The notes beneath the pieces are model-generated. The model was not told the origin of the DNA, searched no databases, and saw nothing but the letters and a program-made list of their open reading frames with translations. From positions 1 through 39,171 of IMG/VR virus record IMGVR_UViG_3300037440_000281: a stretch of 39,171 bases of DNA; one strand, given 5' to 3'. Both the position numbers and the translations under genes were made by a program. Origin of the DNA: a virus (taxonomy: Duplodnaviria; Caudoviricetes). Shown piece after piece: positions 7,833-16,360 of this stretch (within the stretch, counting starts at the first letter, position 1; the number at the start of each line of letters is the position of its first letter).

Positions 7833-9541
7833 TCCAGTATCGGCTTGGCCGACATGACTTCGTTGTTACGGCCAGTCATCACGCCAGCCGTCCGCAACGC
7901 ACTCAAAGAATTCTTAAAAGACCCGCTCGCCTCGTAGCTCGTGAACCGGCATAGCTGTTCCATGTCCAGCCCGTCTGGATTGGACACCAGCGCCTGCAAG
8001 ATGGCTCGCTCACACTTTCCAAAGTGCGGAAAGTTCAGCCAGTAATTGATTCGCTCCGCGCCAGTCGGCAGTTCAGCAAATGGACCGTGCGCCCGGCCTT
8101 CAGCCGTAATCTGCATGACCGAATTGTTCTCACCGACTATCAAGCCGCCAGTCCGCAACGCACTAAGACAGTTCTTAAATGAACCCGACATCGTGTAGCC
8201 GGCCAGCAAAGCGACCTTGCCGATCGTACAGCCATGCTCGTAGCCAGCCAACACGCGCAGGATGGCCATCTCACACTTGCCAAGTTTGCCATTCGATTGA
8301 GTTGTAACTCGCGGAGGCACGGCGGGCCGCACGGTAACAGCCCGTTCTGACGGCACCTGCCGTGCCTCGATTTTCATAGGCAGCAATTTCGCCTTGAAAA
8401 ATTCAATGTCCGGCGCGAAGTGCCTTTGGACCTCGGCTAGTTGAACCGACTTCAAGACCGCGTCCTTTGCACACTCGACGATCTTGTTCAACGTGTTGAC
8501 CAGACTTGTCAACCGCTTCCGGTCGCCATTGGTCAGGGCTGACTTTACCTGAACCACAGGCTTGGCCGGCAGTGGTTGGGTTGACTTTACCTGCCGCTCC
8601 AGTTCCCGAATCCGCGCCTTCAGCAACTCAGGGTCGTTGGCTTTGGCCTGCTGAATAACCTTGGGGATGCTGTCAGAAAGCTTTGATACAAAGTCAGCCG
8701 TGTTAATTGGCTTGGCCGACTTTATCACAATCTCAGGAGTGCGCCGATCTGGATGAAACGAACGGCACATCGGAATTCTTTCCTTTGTAGGATGGTCAGG
8801 ACTTTGTCGGGTCCACACCCACGCCTCACCAGCCTTCAATCCCGGCAACGATTTTTCCACGGATTCAGCAGTTGCACGATCAAGCCGTTCTACCCACGTT
8901 CCGATTGCCTCGATAGCCTTGTTGCCGATCTGACAGCCAAGTACAAGCGTCGTGCATTGGTCCAAGACAGCCTTGTTCACTTCCTGACTACGCTGATTGA
9001 TTAGAGTGATGCCCACTGAATTGTTGCCGCCCATCCGAACCAGCTTCTCGACCTCTGCGTATGTCTCTCCGTCAATGACCCTCTGAGGTACGAACTCAGC
9101 AGCTTCCTCCAGAAAGACATGCACCGCGCCGCCTTCGTTCTCATAGTGGATGATTCGGATGGCCTGCTTGACGATCTTCCGCCAATCAGACTTGCTCAGA
9201 TTCTTGTCGTATAGATCAATGACCAGCGGGATACGTTCTCGCAGCGCCGCCCGCACAATCTCAGACACACTCTCAGGGGTCAAAGGTAGATCGGCGTGAC
9301 GGCCTCCTGCCACAACCACACTGTACCCTTTTCCATGTGAGTGGTCAGCAGGCACCTTCAGCCATCTCCATTTGCCTACTGCATCAAAGATGATTGGCTG
9401 AACATTGTTGTCCAGAAGTTGCTCGCAGATACCCTTCCCGGTAACGGTCTTGCCACAGTTCCGAATACCCAGCAACGCAGCCGCGCCAACGGCATACTCA
9501 GACACAGACAGCGTCACAGTTCCAATCGTGATGTGCTTCAT
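7829..9541 (-). CDS. HerA/FtsK-like (DUF87) ATPase with tandem C-terminal wHTH-like repeats
   Basis: GIRNCGKT Walker A, VFLEEA Walker B, R.GG..SVG...INQR; duplicated GKCE.AIL...SGSFKN.LSALRT.G. Confidence 0.8.
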   Translation of the reverse strand: MKHITIGTVTLSVSEYAVGAAALLGIRNCGKTVTGKGICEQLLDNNVQPIIFDAVGKWRWLKVPADHSHGKGYSVVVAGGRHADLPLTPESVSEIVRAALRERIPLVIDLYDKNLSKSDWRKIVKQAIRIIHYENEGGAVHVFLEEAAEFVPQRVIDGETYAEVEKLVRMGGNNSVGITLINQRSQEVNKAVLDQCTTLVLGCQIGNKAIEAIGTWVERLDRATAESVEKSLPGLKAGEAWVWTRQSPDHPTKERIPMCRSFHPDRRTPEIVIKSAKPINTADFVSKLSDSIPKVIQQAKANDPELLKARIRELERQVKSTQPLPAKPVVQVKSALTNGDRKRLTSLVNTLNKIVECAKDAVLKSVQLAEVQRHFAPDIEFFKAKLLPMKIEARQVPSERAVTVRPAVPPRVTTQSNGKLGKCEMAILRVLAGYEHGCTIGKVALLAGYTMSGSFKNCLSALRTGGLIVGENNSVMQITAEGRAHGPFAELPTGAERINYWLNFPHFGKCERAILQALVSNPDGLDMEQLCRFTSYEASGSFKNSLSALRTAGVMTGRNNEVMSAKPILE

Positions 9542-9825
9542 GCTTTTGCTTTAACGCTTTGGTCAATCTCAGAGAGCATATTGTCCAGCAAATACTCTCG
9601 CGCCCGGCGCATGTGCCAACACCAGTTACCGTGTTCCATTCTCTGACCACGTTTCAGCGCCGGGGCAACTACGAACTGATGTTGCTCGCAGGAACATGTC
9701 TTTTCTTGAACGTCCACCAGATGAACCACGTCCGGCCGTGAACGGCTGTGAACCATAAACCGCATCCGCTCACCCGGTATCGGCTCGATGATAGCCAGCG
9801 GACTAGGTTCAACGCGACGTGGCAT
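9538..9825 (-). CDS. SWIM zinc-finger protein
   Basis: V.SRS....H.VD....CSC...CWH. Confidence 0.75.
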   Translation of the reverse strand: MPRRVEPSPLAIIEPIPGERMRFMVHSRSRPDVVHLVDVQEKTCSCEQHQFVVAPALKRGQRMEHGNWCWHMRRAREYLLDNMLSEIDQSVKAKA

Positions 9826-9998
9826 TACTTTTGCGACTTTTCGCAATCGAACTTCAGTCCAGTTTCGATCTCTTGCGCTTCGCTGATGATTTCTCGGATG
9901 GCTTCTAGGTTGTCACTCGCGGGACCAGACGTGTCGGCATGGACCTCCCGAAGTGCTTCGATAGCCGCCTCTTTTTTTTGTATCAGTGGTTTTTTCAT
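9825..9998 (-). CDS. 57-aa hypothetical protein (MKKPLIQKKEAAIEAL...)
   Basis: Translated by hand; coupled at both ends. Confidence 0.55.
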   Translation of the reverse strand: MKKPLIQKKEAAIEALREVHADTSGPASDNLEAIREIISEAQEIETGLKFDCEKSQK

Positions 9999-10387
9999 AG
10001 ATTTTTCAGCAATTGCAATCGGACGTTCTTTCCAGTCGCTGCATTTTCATCCCGGCCTTTGTTGTCCAGAAACTGAAACGTCTCGACGAACATGAAATGC
10101 TTGTAGCGCTTCTGGCCAGTCTGTTTGTCATCCCACATGTCCAACTCCAGCCGGCCATTGAACAAGATCGCATGGCCCTTCCGAGTGTATTGCATGATGG
10201 TTTCGGCTGTCCGGCCAAACGCCTTGAAGTCCACGAACAAGACCTTTTCTTTTTTCTGGCCGTCATCGCCAGTCCACACCCGGTTGACGGCTATGCCGCC
10301 TTGCACGATGGCCGTGCCCTTCGGGGTGTAGCGCATCTCACAATCTCGCGTCAGAAAACCTACCAGCACCAAACAGTTAAAGTTCAT
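9995..10387 (-). CDS. ssb: Single-stranded DNA-binding protein lacking an acidic tail
   Basis: N...LVG.LTRD.E.RYTP.G.A....IAVNR...F.D..AFGRTAE....Y..KG....GRL..D.W. Confidence 0.92.
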   Translation of the reverse strand: MNFNCLVLVGFLTRDCEMRYTPKGTAIVQGGIAVNRVWTGDDGQKKEKVLFVDFKAFGRTAETIMQYTRKGHAILFNGRLELDMWDDKQTGQKRYKHFMFVETFQFLDNKGRDENAATGKNVRLQLLKNL

Positions 10388-10408
10388 TCCGTTCTGTTCT
10401 TTCGTTGG

Positions 10409-10930
10409 TTACTTGACGACCTCAGCCATCCAGATTCGCACGTTTCGATTATGCGCCCTGCCGATGGCGTTAAAGATCAACTTCAGATTGTCAGCGACAT
10501 TCTCGACGCGCTCAGGCTCGAAACCACTGCCAACCTCGATCTCGACCAAGTCGCTGCTGACTTCATTGTTCCACTTCAGTTTGAAGTCGCCATTGAAAAT
10601 TGAGTTGAGGGTTGTCTCAAGCAGACTGGTCCAGACCTTGACCGAATCAGGCTGACACGGCTTGTGCATGATGACACGGGCATCCTCGGTCGGTTCCTCG
10701 ACGATCAATTCAAAATCAGACAACGCAATTGCGCTTCCAACACCTTGAAGCGCACGATGAATTGAACCACTGGGCCCAACCAGCCGGCCTGTGTCAGACT
10801 TGACCGCTCGCAGGAACAACACGCTGCCAAAGCCAAGCTTCCGAAACCGACTATGCAGCTTGTTCGGATGCCCGACAATTAGCCTTGCAAGCTTCTCGAT
10901 CACATTTGAGGCGATTTCTTCTCTGTTCAT
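10409..10930 (-). CDS. KH-domain RNA-binding protein (KhpA-like N-terminal half)
   Basis: DTGRLVGPSGSIHRAL, a GxxG loop in KhpA-like context. Confidence 0.7.
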   Translation of the reverse strand: MNREEIASNVIEKLARLIVGHPNKLHSRFRKLGFGSVLFLRAVKSDTGRLVGPSGSIHRALQGVGSAIALSDFELIVEEPTEDARVIMHKPCQPDSVKVWTSLLETTLNSIFNGDFKLKWNNEVSSDLVEIEVGSGFEPERVENVADNLKLIFNAIGRAHNRNVRIWMAEVVK

Positions 10931-10966
10931 ATCTGCACACTACTTTGTCTTATACTCAGACGGTTG

Positions 10967-11200
10967 TCAATTTCCTTTGACTGCTTCCCGCTCAATCAAG
11001 TCAGCCGCGCCCCTCAGCAAGCGCACAATTTGAACGTTGTCCAAATCTTCAACCGTGTTCACGACCATAGGCACATTGTTGTTGCCATGACAGATATTCA
11101 CCAGCACGGCTGGAGTAGAACAAAGACCATCCTTCTCATTCCGTTTTTGCCACAGACGCAACCTTGTTTTGGTGATTTCAGCACACGCAAACGGAGTCAT
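10967..11200 (-). CDS. Hypothetical protein
   Basis: Coupled ORF. Confidence 0.6.
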   Translation of the reverse strand: MTPFACAEITKTRLRLWQKRNEKDGLCSTPAVLVNICHGNNNVPMVVNTVEDLDNVQIVRLLRGAADLIEREAVKGN

Positions 11201-11412
11201 AGTTTTTCCTTTTGACCAAGCCAGTCCGGCACCGTGACATGATGCTCAGGCCATTCATTGCAAACCGCGGGATATTTCCGGCTGTGATCTATCAAGCTTA
11301 CAGGGATACAAACCTCGTCAGCCTCGGTCGGATGCCGGGACTTTGGCAGACGCGAGTAAATCCTAGCCAGACCGCTGGGCGTGTCTTTGATATACCACAG
11401 TCGCGCAATCAT
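11197..11412 (-). CDS. Hypothetical protein (MIARLWYIKDT...VPDWL..KEKL)
   Basis: ATGA coupling. Confidence 0.6.
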   Translation of the reverse strand: MIARLWYIKDTPSGLARIYSRLPKSRHPTEADEVCIPVSLIDHSRKYPAVCNEWPEHHVTVPDWLGQKEKL

Positions 11413-12248
11413 ATCAGCGTCGTCTGAATCTCTCGCTTGATGTCCAGACCGATTGCCGGAAAGTCCTCCAGCCATCGCCCAGCGCAGCGTATTGCCAGCG
11501 ACCGGTCCAAGTTGCCTTTGAAAAAACATGGAGTTCCGTCGAGTACCGCCAGCACGTTCCGTAAATCACTTTCGGCTGGCTGGTAGTAAACACGACCATT
11601 CGACGCAGCGCCGATCACGGCCCACTTTAGCAAGCCTTTGAACTCAGCAAGAATCGGCGCGATGTCGAAACTCAAAGGCTCAATGGACATCCACGGCCAC
11701 TTTGCACCGCACCGGCTCAATCGCTCCAGACCAACACGCAACCATTGCGCCTGCTGTTCAGGCGTCAGCAGCTTGCCGAACATCTTGGTAGGCGGTGCGC
11801 TGATGCCACAAAGCAGATTGTCCAACTGTGCCAACTGCGCGAAGCCAGTCAGCCGAACCGGATTCTTGGTCAGCGTAAAGAACACATGCCACGGACACGC
11901 CTCGATTGTGGCCAAGACTTCGTTAATCCATGCAGACCTCACATCGTGTCCGAATAGGTCTGACATTGAGCACAGGAAAATTCCAGCCCGTGTCTTATGC
12001 CGACGCACCTCAGCTAATGCCTCTGGATGCCATGTAATCTTTTCAAACGCACCGACGCCATTCATTCTATCACGCAAAGTTTTTGCATAGCACTCCACAA
12101 GACCGCCGCCAATGTTCCACTCACAACCATGCTTACACCCCCGAACTGGATTGACTGTGTAGCCGGTGCCGACCCCAAGCACATGGGTCCATTCGATGCA
12201 CAAACTAGTTATCTTCCCATCCTTGTCGCGCTTCACCTGCGAGTTCAT
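11409..12248 (-). CDS. Phage Gp37/Gp68 (DUF5131) radical-SAM-like protein
   Basis: IEWT...NPVRGC..GC...CYA, IFLCSMSDLF, LTKNP.R, W.SIEPL, WAVIGA, FFKGNL. Confidence 0.88.
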   Translation of the reverse strand: MNSQVKRDKDGKITSLCIEWTHVLGVGTGYTVNPVRGCKHGCEWNIGGGLVECYAKTLRDRMNGVGAFEKITWHPEALAEVRRHKTRAGIFLCSMSDLFGHDVRSAWINEVLATIEACPWHVFFTLTKNPVRLTGFAQLAQLDNLLCGISAPPTKMFGKLLTPEQQAQWLRVGLERLSRCGAKWPWMSIEPLSFDIAPILAEFKGLLKWAVIGAASNGRVYYQPAESDLRNVLAVLDGTPCFFKGNLDRSLAIRCAGRWLEDFPAIGLDIKREIQTTLI

Positions 12249-12925
12249 ATATTCCTCCACAAGCTGCGCGTAACAATGCCTTGGATTGAAGTCTTCGATA
12301 CCTTGAACATTCTGACCAGCCTCTTTCTGTCTGGATTGAGCGAAAATTCTTCTCGTATCCGAGCAACTATTGCTTCGTCCAATTTGCTGCTTGGATGATC
12401 TGAACCGATTACTCGCTTGTGAAGTCCAGCATCCCATGCGTGTTTGGCATTCCCGCCGTATGTGCAGTATTCCAGATTCGTGAGTTGGTTGTGTCTCTTG
12501 TTGCCGTCCTTATGGTTGACCACAGACTTTATAGGCTGTTCGCCAATGAATGCCCACATCACAAGTCGGTGGATTCCTATGGTTTTCGGCTTGCCCTCTC
12601 TACTGAGTGAAACTTGCAGGTATCCATTACCGTCCAGTTGCGGTCTGAGAATTCTTTGCGACAGGCATTTTGGACTATTACTGACCCGCTTAACTCTGCC
12701 TTGGTCGCTGACTTCATAAAGCCCAGCAAATCCGGGAATTGATTTCCACAATTCAAGACCGCCGCCACACTCCGGTTGCTTTGAGGAACAACCGACAGGC
12801 GGGGATTCCACCGGAGCGGGCGACGAAAACTGAATGGTCAACTGTTCACTCAAAGCGATGCCAGCATAAAAGACCACCGCAAGAATGCAACCCAATTCAA
12901 GTTTCCAGATGTCTTGCCGGTTCAT
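12245..12925 (-). CDS. NUMOD4-HNH homing endonuclease with a C-terminal HTH; frame open back to an MNRQ stub
   Basis: WKSIPGFAGLYEVSDQGRVK (NUMOD4); HRLVM..F...VNHKDGNKRHNQLTNLE. Confidence 0.88.
   Translation of the reverse strand: MNRQDIWKLELGCILAVVFYAGIALSEQLTIQFSSPAPVESPPVGCSSKQPECGGGLELWKSIPGFAGLYEVSDQGRVKRVSNSPKCLSQRILRPQLDGNGYLQVSLSREGKPKTIGIHRLVMWAFIGEQPIKSVVNHKDGNKRHNQLTNLEYCTYGGNAKHAWDAGLHKRVIGSDHPSSKLDEAIVARIREEFSLNPDRKRLVRMFKVSKTSIQGIVTRSLWRNI
12760..12890 (-). promoter_or_regulatory. Promoter TTGCAT-N16-TATGCT plus target/anti-target hairpin leader
   Basis: GCTTTGAG near the 5' end is complementary to CTCAAAGC inside the stem GCTCCGGT/ACCGGAGT. Confidence 0.55.
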
Positions 12926-12934
12926 AAAGTAAAT

Positions 12935-13040
12935 CAGTCGGCGTTTGCCAAAAGCTGGCGCTCGGATTGATCCGATTTCGGAAACAGCAACAGAACCGTC
13001 CAACCTGCATCCGAAATTCTTTTGCCCAAGCCGCCGACTG
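12935..13040 (-). ncRNA. Candidate ~105-nt multi-stem intergenic RNA with GGUUCUGUUG in a loop
   Basis: Stems CAGTCGGCG/CGCCGACTG, ATTTCGGA/TCCGAAAT and TCGGA/TCCGA. Confidence 0.55.
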
Positions 13041-13045
13041 AAAAG

Positions 13046-13588
13046 TTAATCGCTCTTGAGCCGAAACATGGCTTGTGACTGAACCGGCAAGCGAATGACA
13101 GTCGTTGAATCTTCACGGTATGCCCATGCCGAAAACTCAGATTCGCTGTTGAACCGCATAGCGGTCAGGCTCTCGATCTTTTGACCAGATGCAACCGCTG
13201 TCCATGTCACGCCGTTCGTGGACATCTCCACCTGTGTAAACGGTTTGGTCGGCGCCGGCACCTTGGTATCGCACGTCGGACATGTCTTAGCATCTTTCGG
13301 CAACTTCGTTTCGCAGTCCTCGCAGCGAATTGGTGTACCGCAATTGGCGCAAAAGTTTGCATCTTTCTTGTTCGGATTCTGGCACGTCTCGCACTTCTCG
13401 CGGTCGGCCGCATTGCGGTCACATTTGTAGATCACGTAGGCAGCCGTTCCAATCACAACGACGGCGACCGCAGCAACGCACAGTGTCCACCACTGCGCCT
13501 TGACAGGTTCGTCTTGTTCAGCTTCGGCGGCTTGAATCGGTAGCGCCACAAGCAATGTGCACAGTAGAATGCTGATGATTTTTTTCAT
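13046..13588 (-). CDS. Membrane protein with a double zinc ribbon
   Basis: Signal peptide, TM helix, four CxxC, C-terminal VEMSTNGVTW. Confidence 0.75.
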   Translation of the reverse strand: MKKIISILLCTLLVALPIQAAEAEQDEPVKAQWWTLCVAAVAVVVIGTAAYVIYKCDRNAADREKCETCQNPNKKDANFCANCGTPIRCEDCETKLPKDAKTCPTCDTKVPAPTKPFTQVEMSTNGVTWTAVASGQKIESLTAMRFNSESEFSAWAYREDSTTVIRLPVQSQAMFRLKSD

Positions 13589-13599
13589 CCGTAGTCCTT

Positions 13600-13710
13600 T
13601 CACTTGAGAACCACTTCCCAAACGTAAACGTGCAATCCAGCCAAGATCACGACGCCCACGATTGAGACAATGGCCAGTATCTTCCACTGCTTGACTGTCC
13701 ATGTTTTCAT
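13600..13710 (-). CDS. 36-aa single-TM protein (MKTWTVKQWKILAIVSIVG...)
   Basis: Translated by hand; follows a GC-rich hairpin. Confidence 0.55.
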   Translation of the reverse strand: MKTWTVKQWKILAIVSIVGVVILAGLHVYVWEVVLK

Positions 13711-13764
13711 TTTGGTATCGGTTTGGCTGGCGCGGCCGATCACAGCCGCACCCAGCCGATTGAT

Positions 13765-14067
13765 TTACTCTTTGGCTTCGTCCTGGATTTTTCCCAGTGC
13801 CAGTTGGTTCGGGTCGTCAAACTCGTCAACCTTTTCGTCGGTGAACGATTTCGTAAACCGGATTGCCGTCTTGAGCTTCGGCGACGTTTCCGTGAAGTCC
13901 ATCGTCACCTTGAAGTTGATCGTGATAAGCTTTTCCTCCGAGTCCTCAAGAATCTCGACGGCTTCGTTGACGTGTTCCTTCCACAGCTTTTCAGACTGCT
14001 TCAGGAATGCTTCCTTCATTTCTTTCAGCACCTTGGGACTGATGCTGCCTTTTTTGGTTACGGCCAT
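13765..14067 (-). CDS. Hypothetical protein
   Basis: GAAGG upstream; C-terminal DPNQL motif. Confidence 0.7.
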   Translation of the reverse strand: MAVTKKGSISPKVLKEMKEAFLKQSEKLWKEHVNEAVEILEDSEEKLITINFKVTMDFTETSPKLKTAIRFTKSFTDEKVDEFDDPNQLALGKIQDEAKE

Positions 14068-14621
14068 AGTTCACCTTCTTTCTGTTGCTCCGCGGCCGGC
14101 GCTTGACTACTCGCCAAGCCCGACTGTCCGTCAGTCGCCCCCTTACACAGTGAGACGCTTTCGGAATCGCAGTCTGCCGGCTGCGGAAAATGTTCGTCAA
14201 GGACGGCTTGCACCCAGCGGATGATTCGCGCTGCGGAGCCAGTCGAGCCATCCCAGTCACCCGAGTAGTCCGGCCCTTTACCCCTGACCGGCGAATGAAA
14301 AGAGCACTGGCCGGTCGGCAGTGTTACGTACAACACCCACGGATAGTAAGGTTGCTCTGGGTCTTGTTTCCAGCCGAACAGAATGTTCAGTTCCGCGCCG
14401 TGCTTTTCGAGTACGTCACACAGGTTGGCCATGCTCCACTGCTTCTTGTCGTAGGCCACACCCTTGAACCTTCTCGAGTACTCTTTGGCACGGCCAGAAG
14501 CTTTCTGAGCACGAAAGATATTCAAAGCCACTACGCCCACCGGCCCGATGGACTGCAACCGCTCGTAGAGCGCCTTCGTGGCGCCACCGTCCGAGCCGTT
14601 GTAGATCGTCAAGGCGTTCAC
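14058..14621 (-). CDS. Conserved-looking phage protein (VLYV.LPTGQ.SFH...Y.G.WDG)
   Basis: Recognisable motif, function unknown. Confidence 0.75.
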   Translation of the reverse strand: MNALTIYNGSDGGATKALYERLQSIGPVGVVALNIFRAQKASGRAKEYSRRFKGVAYDKKQWSMANLCDVLEKHGAELNILFGWKQDPEQPYYPWVLYVTLPTGQCSFHSPVRGKGPDYSGDWDGSTGSAARIIRWVQAVLDEHFPQPADCDSESVSLCKGATDGQSGLASSQAPAAEQQKEGELWP

Positions 14622-14622
14622 G

Positions 14623-14982
14623 TTATTCGTCTCGCAAGAAGTTGTCTATCGGACCAACTTGTTTGGCTACTCCATAGATCAAATCACTCATGCAATCAGC
14701 ATCACGTTCCGATTGGTGTTTGAACCCAATCAGCATTCCAACCGTCCGCTCCACACACAGCTTCTGATCTTGCTTCGATGCAAACTCCGCTGACTTGGCA
14801 CGCACACGAATCATAAGGCCGTCTGGCATTTGCTCGACCTTCGCACAACTCCAAGTAGGAGACACTTCGCGCACGTACTCAACCGAATTTGGACTTTGCA
14901 ATGTGATTAGAGCCGCGATGTCATGCTTGCGCAGCACGGATTTGATTTCTTCGGCTGCCGCTTTTAGAACTGGGTCAGGCAT
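14623..14982 (-). CDS. Hypothetical phage protein
   Basis: ORF in the gene chain with 1-nt gaps. Confidence 0.7.
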   Translation of the reverse strand: MPDPVLKAAAEEIKSVLRKHDIAALITLQSPNSVEYVREVSPTWSCAKVEQMPDGLMIRVRAKSAEFASKQDQKLCVERTVGMLIGFKHQSERDADCMSDLIYGVAKQVGPIDNFLRDE

Positions 14983-14983
14983 T

Positions 14984-15649
14984 TCAATTCTTTCGGTTTA
15001 GTGGAGTGAAAACCGCTTGCAGAATCTTTTGTTTCAGCGCCGCCTTTTCGACGTGACTGTTGACCATCTCACGGCACACCGACCGCATGTTGTTCGCCCA
15101 ATCAGTCAGCGACTCGCCCTCGGCCATTGCCGTCCGGCTATCACGACCAATCACATACTCGCGCCACTCGCCAGTCAGCCGCATCAAACCCAGTTGAATC
15201 CACGTCGGCGTCCAGCCAATCACGGCCTTGTCCGCGTAGCACAGCTTCGACGGCTCCACCTTGTAACGCCTCGCCATGAATCGCGAGTGATAGAACGCAA
15301 AGCAATACCACGTCTTGCCATGCGGACACCGGCCCCAGATGAAGTCACACACCCGGCCAAGTAGCCGAGCCGGCCAAGCTGCAAGCGGGTCTTTGTGTCC
15401 GTAAAGATCGTAGCAGTCAAACAGCGTGCCCATGATTTCTGCACCAAGCCAGACGTGACCCTCACCTTCCGGCCCATCAAGGTTCGGTTTGCCGAAATAT
15501 CCAAGATCGTGAACGAAGAAAGCCACCCACAACCGCGGGTCGAATGGAAAGCCGTAGAGTTTCGTCCAGCACACCGCCAGCAGCAGCGGATGAAGGATGA
15601 ACTGATGATACCCGTAAAGCAGGCTGCGTGTTCCAATTGAGATTCTCAT
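14984..15649 (-). CDS. HD-like domain protein
   Basis: H..H, HDLGY, H, HSR and ADK putative metal ligands. Confidence 0.7.
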   Translation of the reverse strand: MRISIGTRSLLYGYHQFILHPLLLAVCWTKLYGFPFDPRLWVAFFVHDLGYFGKPNLDGPEGEGHVWLGAEIMGTLFDCYDLYGHKDPLAAWPARLLGRVCDFIWGRCPHGKTWYCFAFYHSRFMARRYKVEPSKLCYADKAVIGWTPTWIQLGLMRLTGEWREYVIGRDSRTAMAEGESLTDWANNMRSVCREMVNSHVEKAALKQKILQAVFTPLNRKN

Positions 15650-15694
15650 TTCTGTTCTTTCGTTCGCAATGTCTAAACGGTCGGCGGTCCCCTG

Positions 15695-16360
15695 TCAATC
15701 TTTTGTTCTCAAGGCGTAGTCGCCTGCTTGGATTTGCACAAGCTTGTTTTCGTCGCGTATCAGCCATGACGCAATTCGCGTGTCCAGTTTGCTCGCGATT
15801 TCCTCCAGCGGCATATTGGCCGTAACCACTGTCCACTTCCGGCCACGGGACCGCAACACCCGATCAAGTTTGGAGGCAAAGATTTTGTTCGGGTCGTAGT
15901 CAGCGCCAACGTCGTCAAGCACGGCCAGCGCTGGTTCCTCCATCGCTTCGGTCAAGTCCCATTGACCGCCCTTCATCTGGTCAGACACTTTCCGCAGATC
16001 AAACAGCTTGGCCGTGAACTTGTGAAGATGTCCGAACTGAATCATGTCTTTGACTTCCGTGCAAGTCCCCCAGCCGTCCAAACCTAGCTCGGCAAGAATC
16101 ATTCTTGCCAGCAGCGTCTTCCCGTTTCCGCTCACCCCGACAAAGCTCAAGCAGTAGCCTCCAGACCAAGCAGACTGCTTTACGTTTCTCACGAACAACT
16201 GCGCCGCAGCCAACGCTCGAACCAGACTCGGCTCGTAAGCGTCAAAAGTGCTAAAGCTTTTCTTTGATGCCGGCGTAGTCACTTGGACGGTTGAGGGTGC
16301 CCGCGTTTCGGTCGGCAACGATGCGACCACCTTTGGAATTATTTCGCTGATTGGTTTCAT
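15695..16360 (-). CDS. DnaC/IstB-like AAA+ helicase loader
   Basis: GVSGNGKT, LAVLDDVGA, WTVVTAN, RIASWL; directly follows the initiator gene. Confidence 0.85.
   Translation of the reverse strand: MKPISEIIPKVVASLPTETRAPSTVQVTTPASKKSFSTFDAYEPSLVRALAAAQLFVRNVKQSAWSGGYCLSFVGVSGNGKTLLARMILAELGLDGWGTCTEVKDMIQFGHLHKFTAKLFDLRKVSDQMKGGQWDLTEAMEEPALAVLDDVGADYDPNKIFASKLDRVLRSRGRKWTVVTANMPLEEIASKLDTRIASWLIRDENKLVQIQAGDYALRTKD

Noticed and set aside
12935-13040. tRNA gene
   Set aside because: No T-loop, D-loop or anticodon-arm geometry
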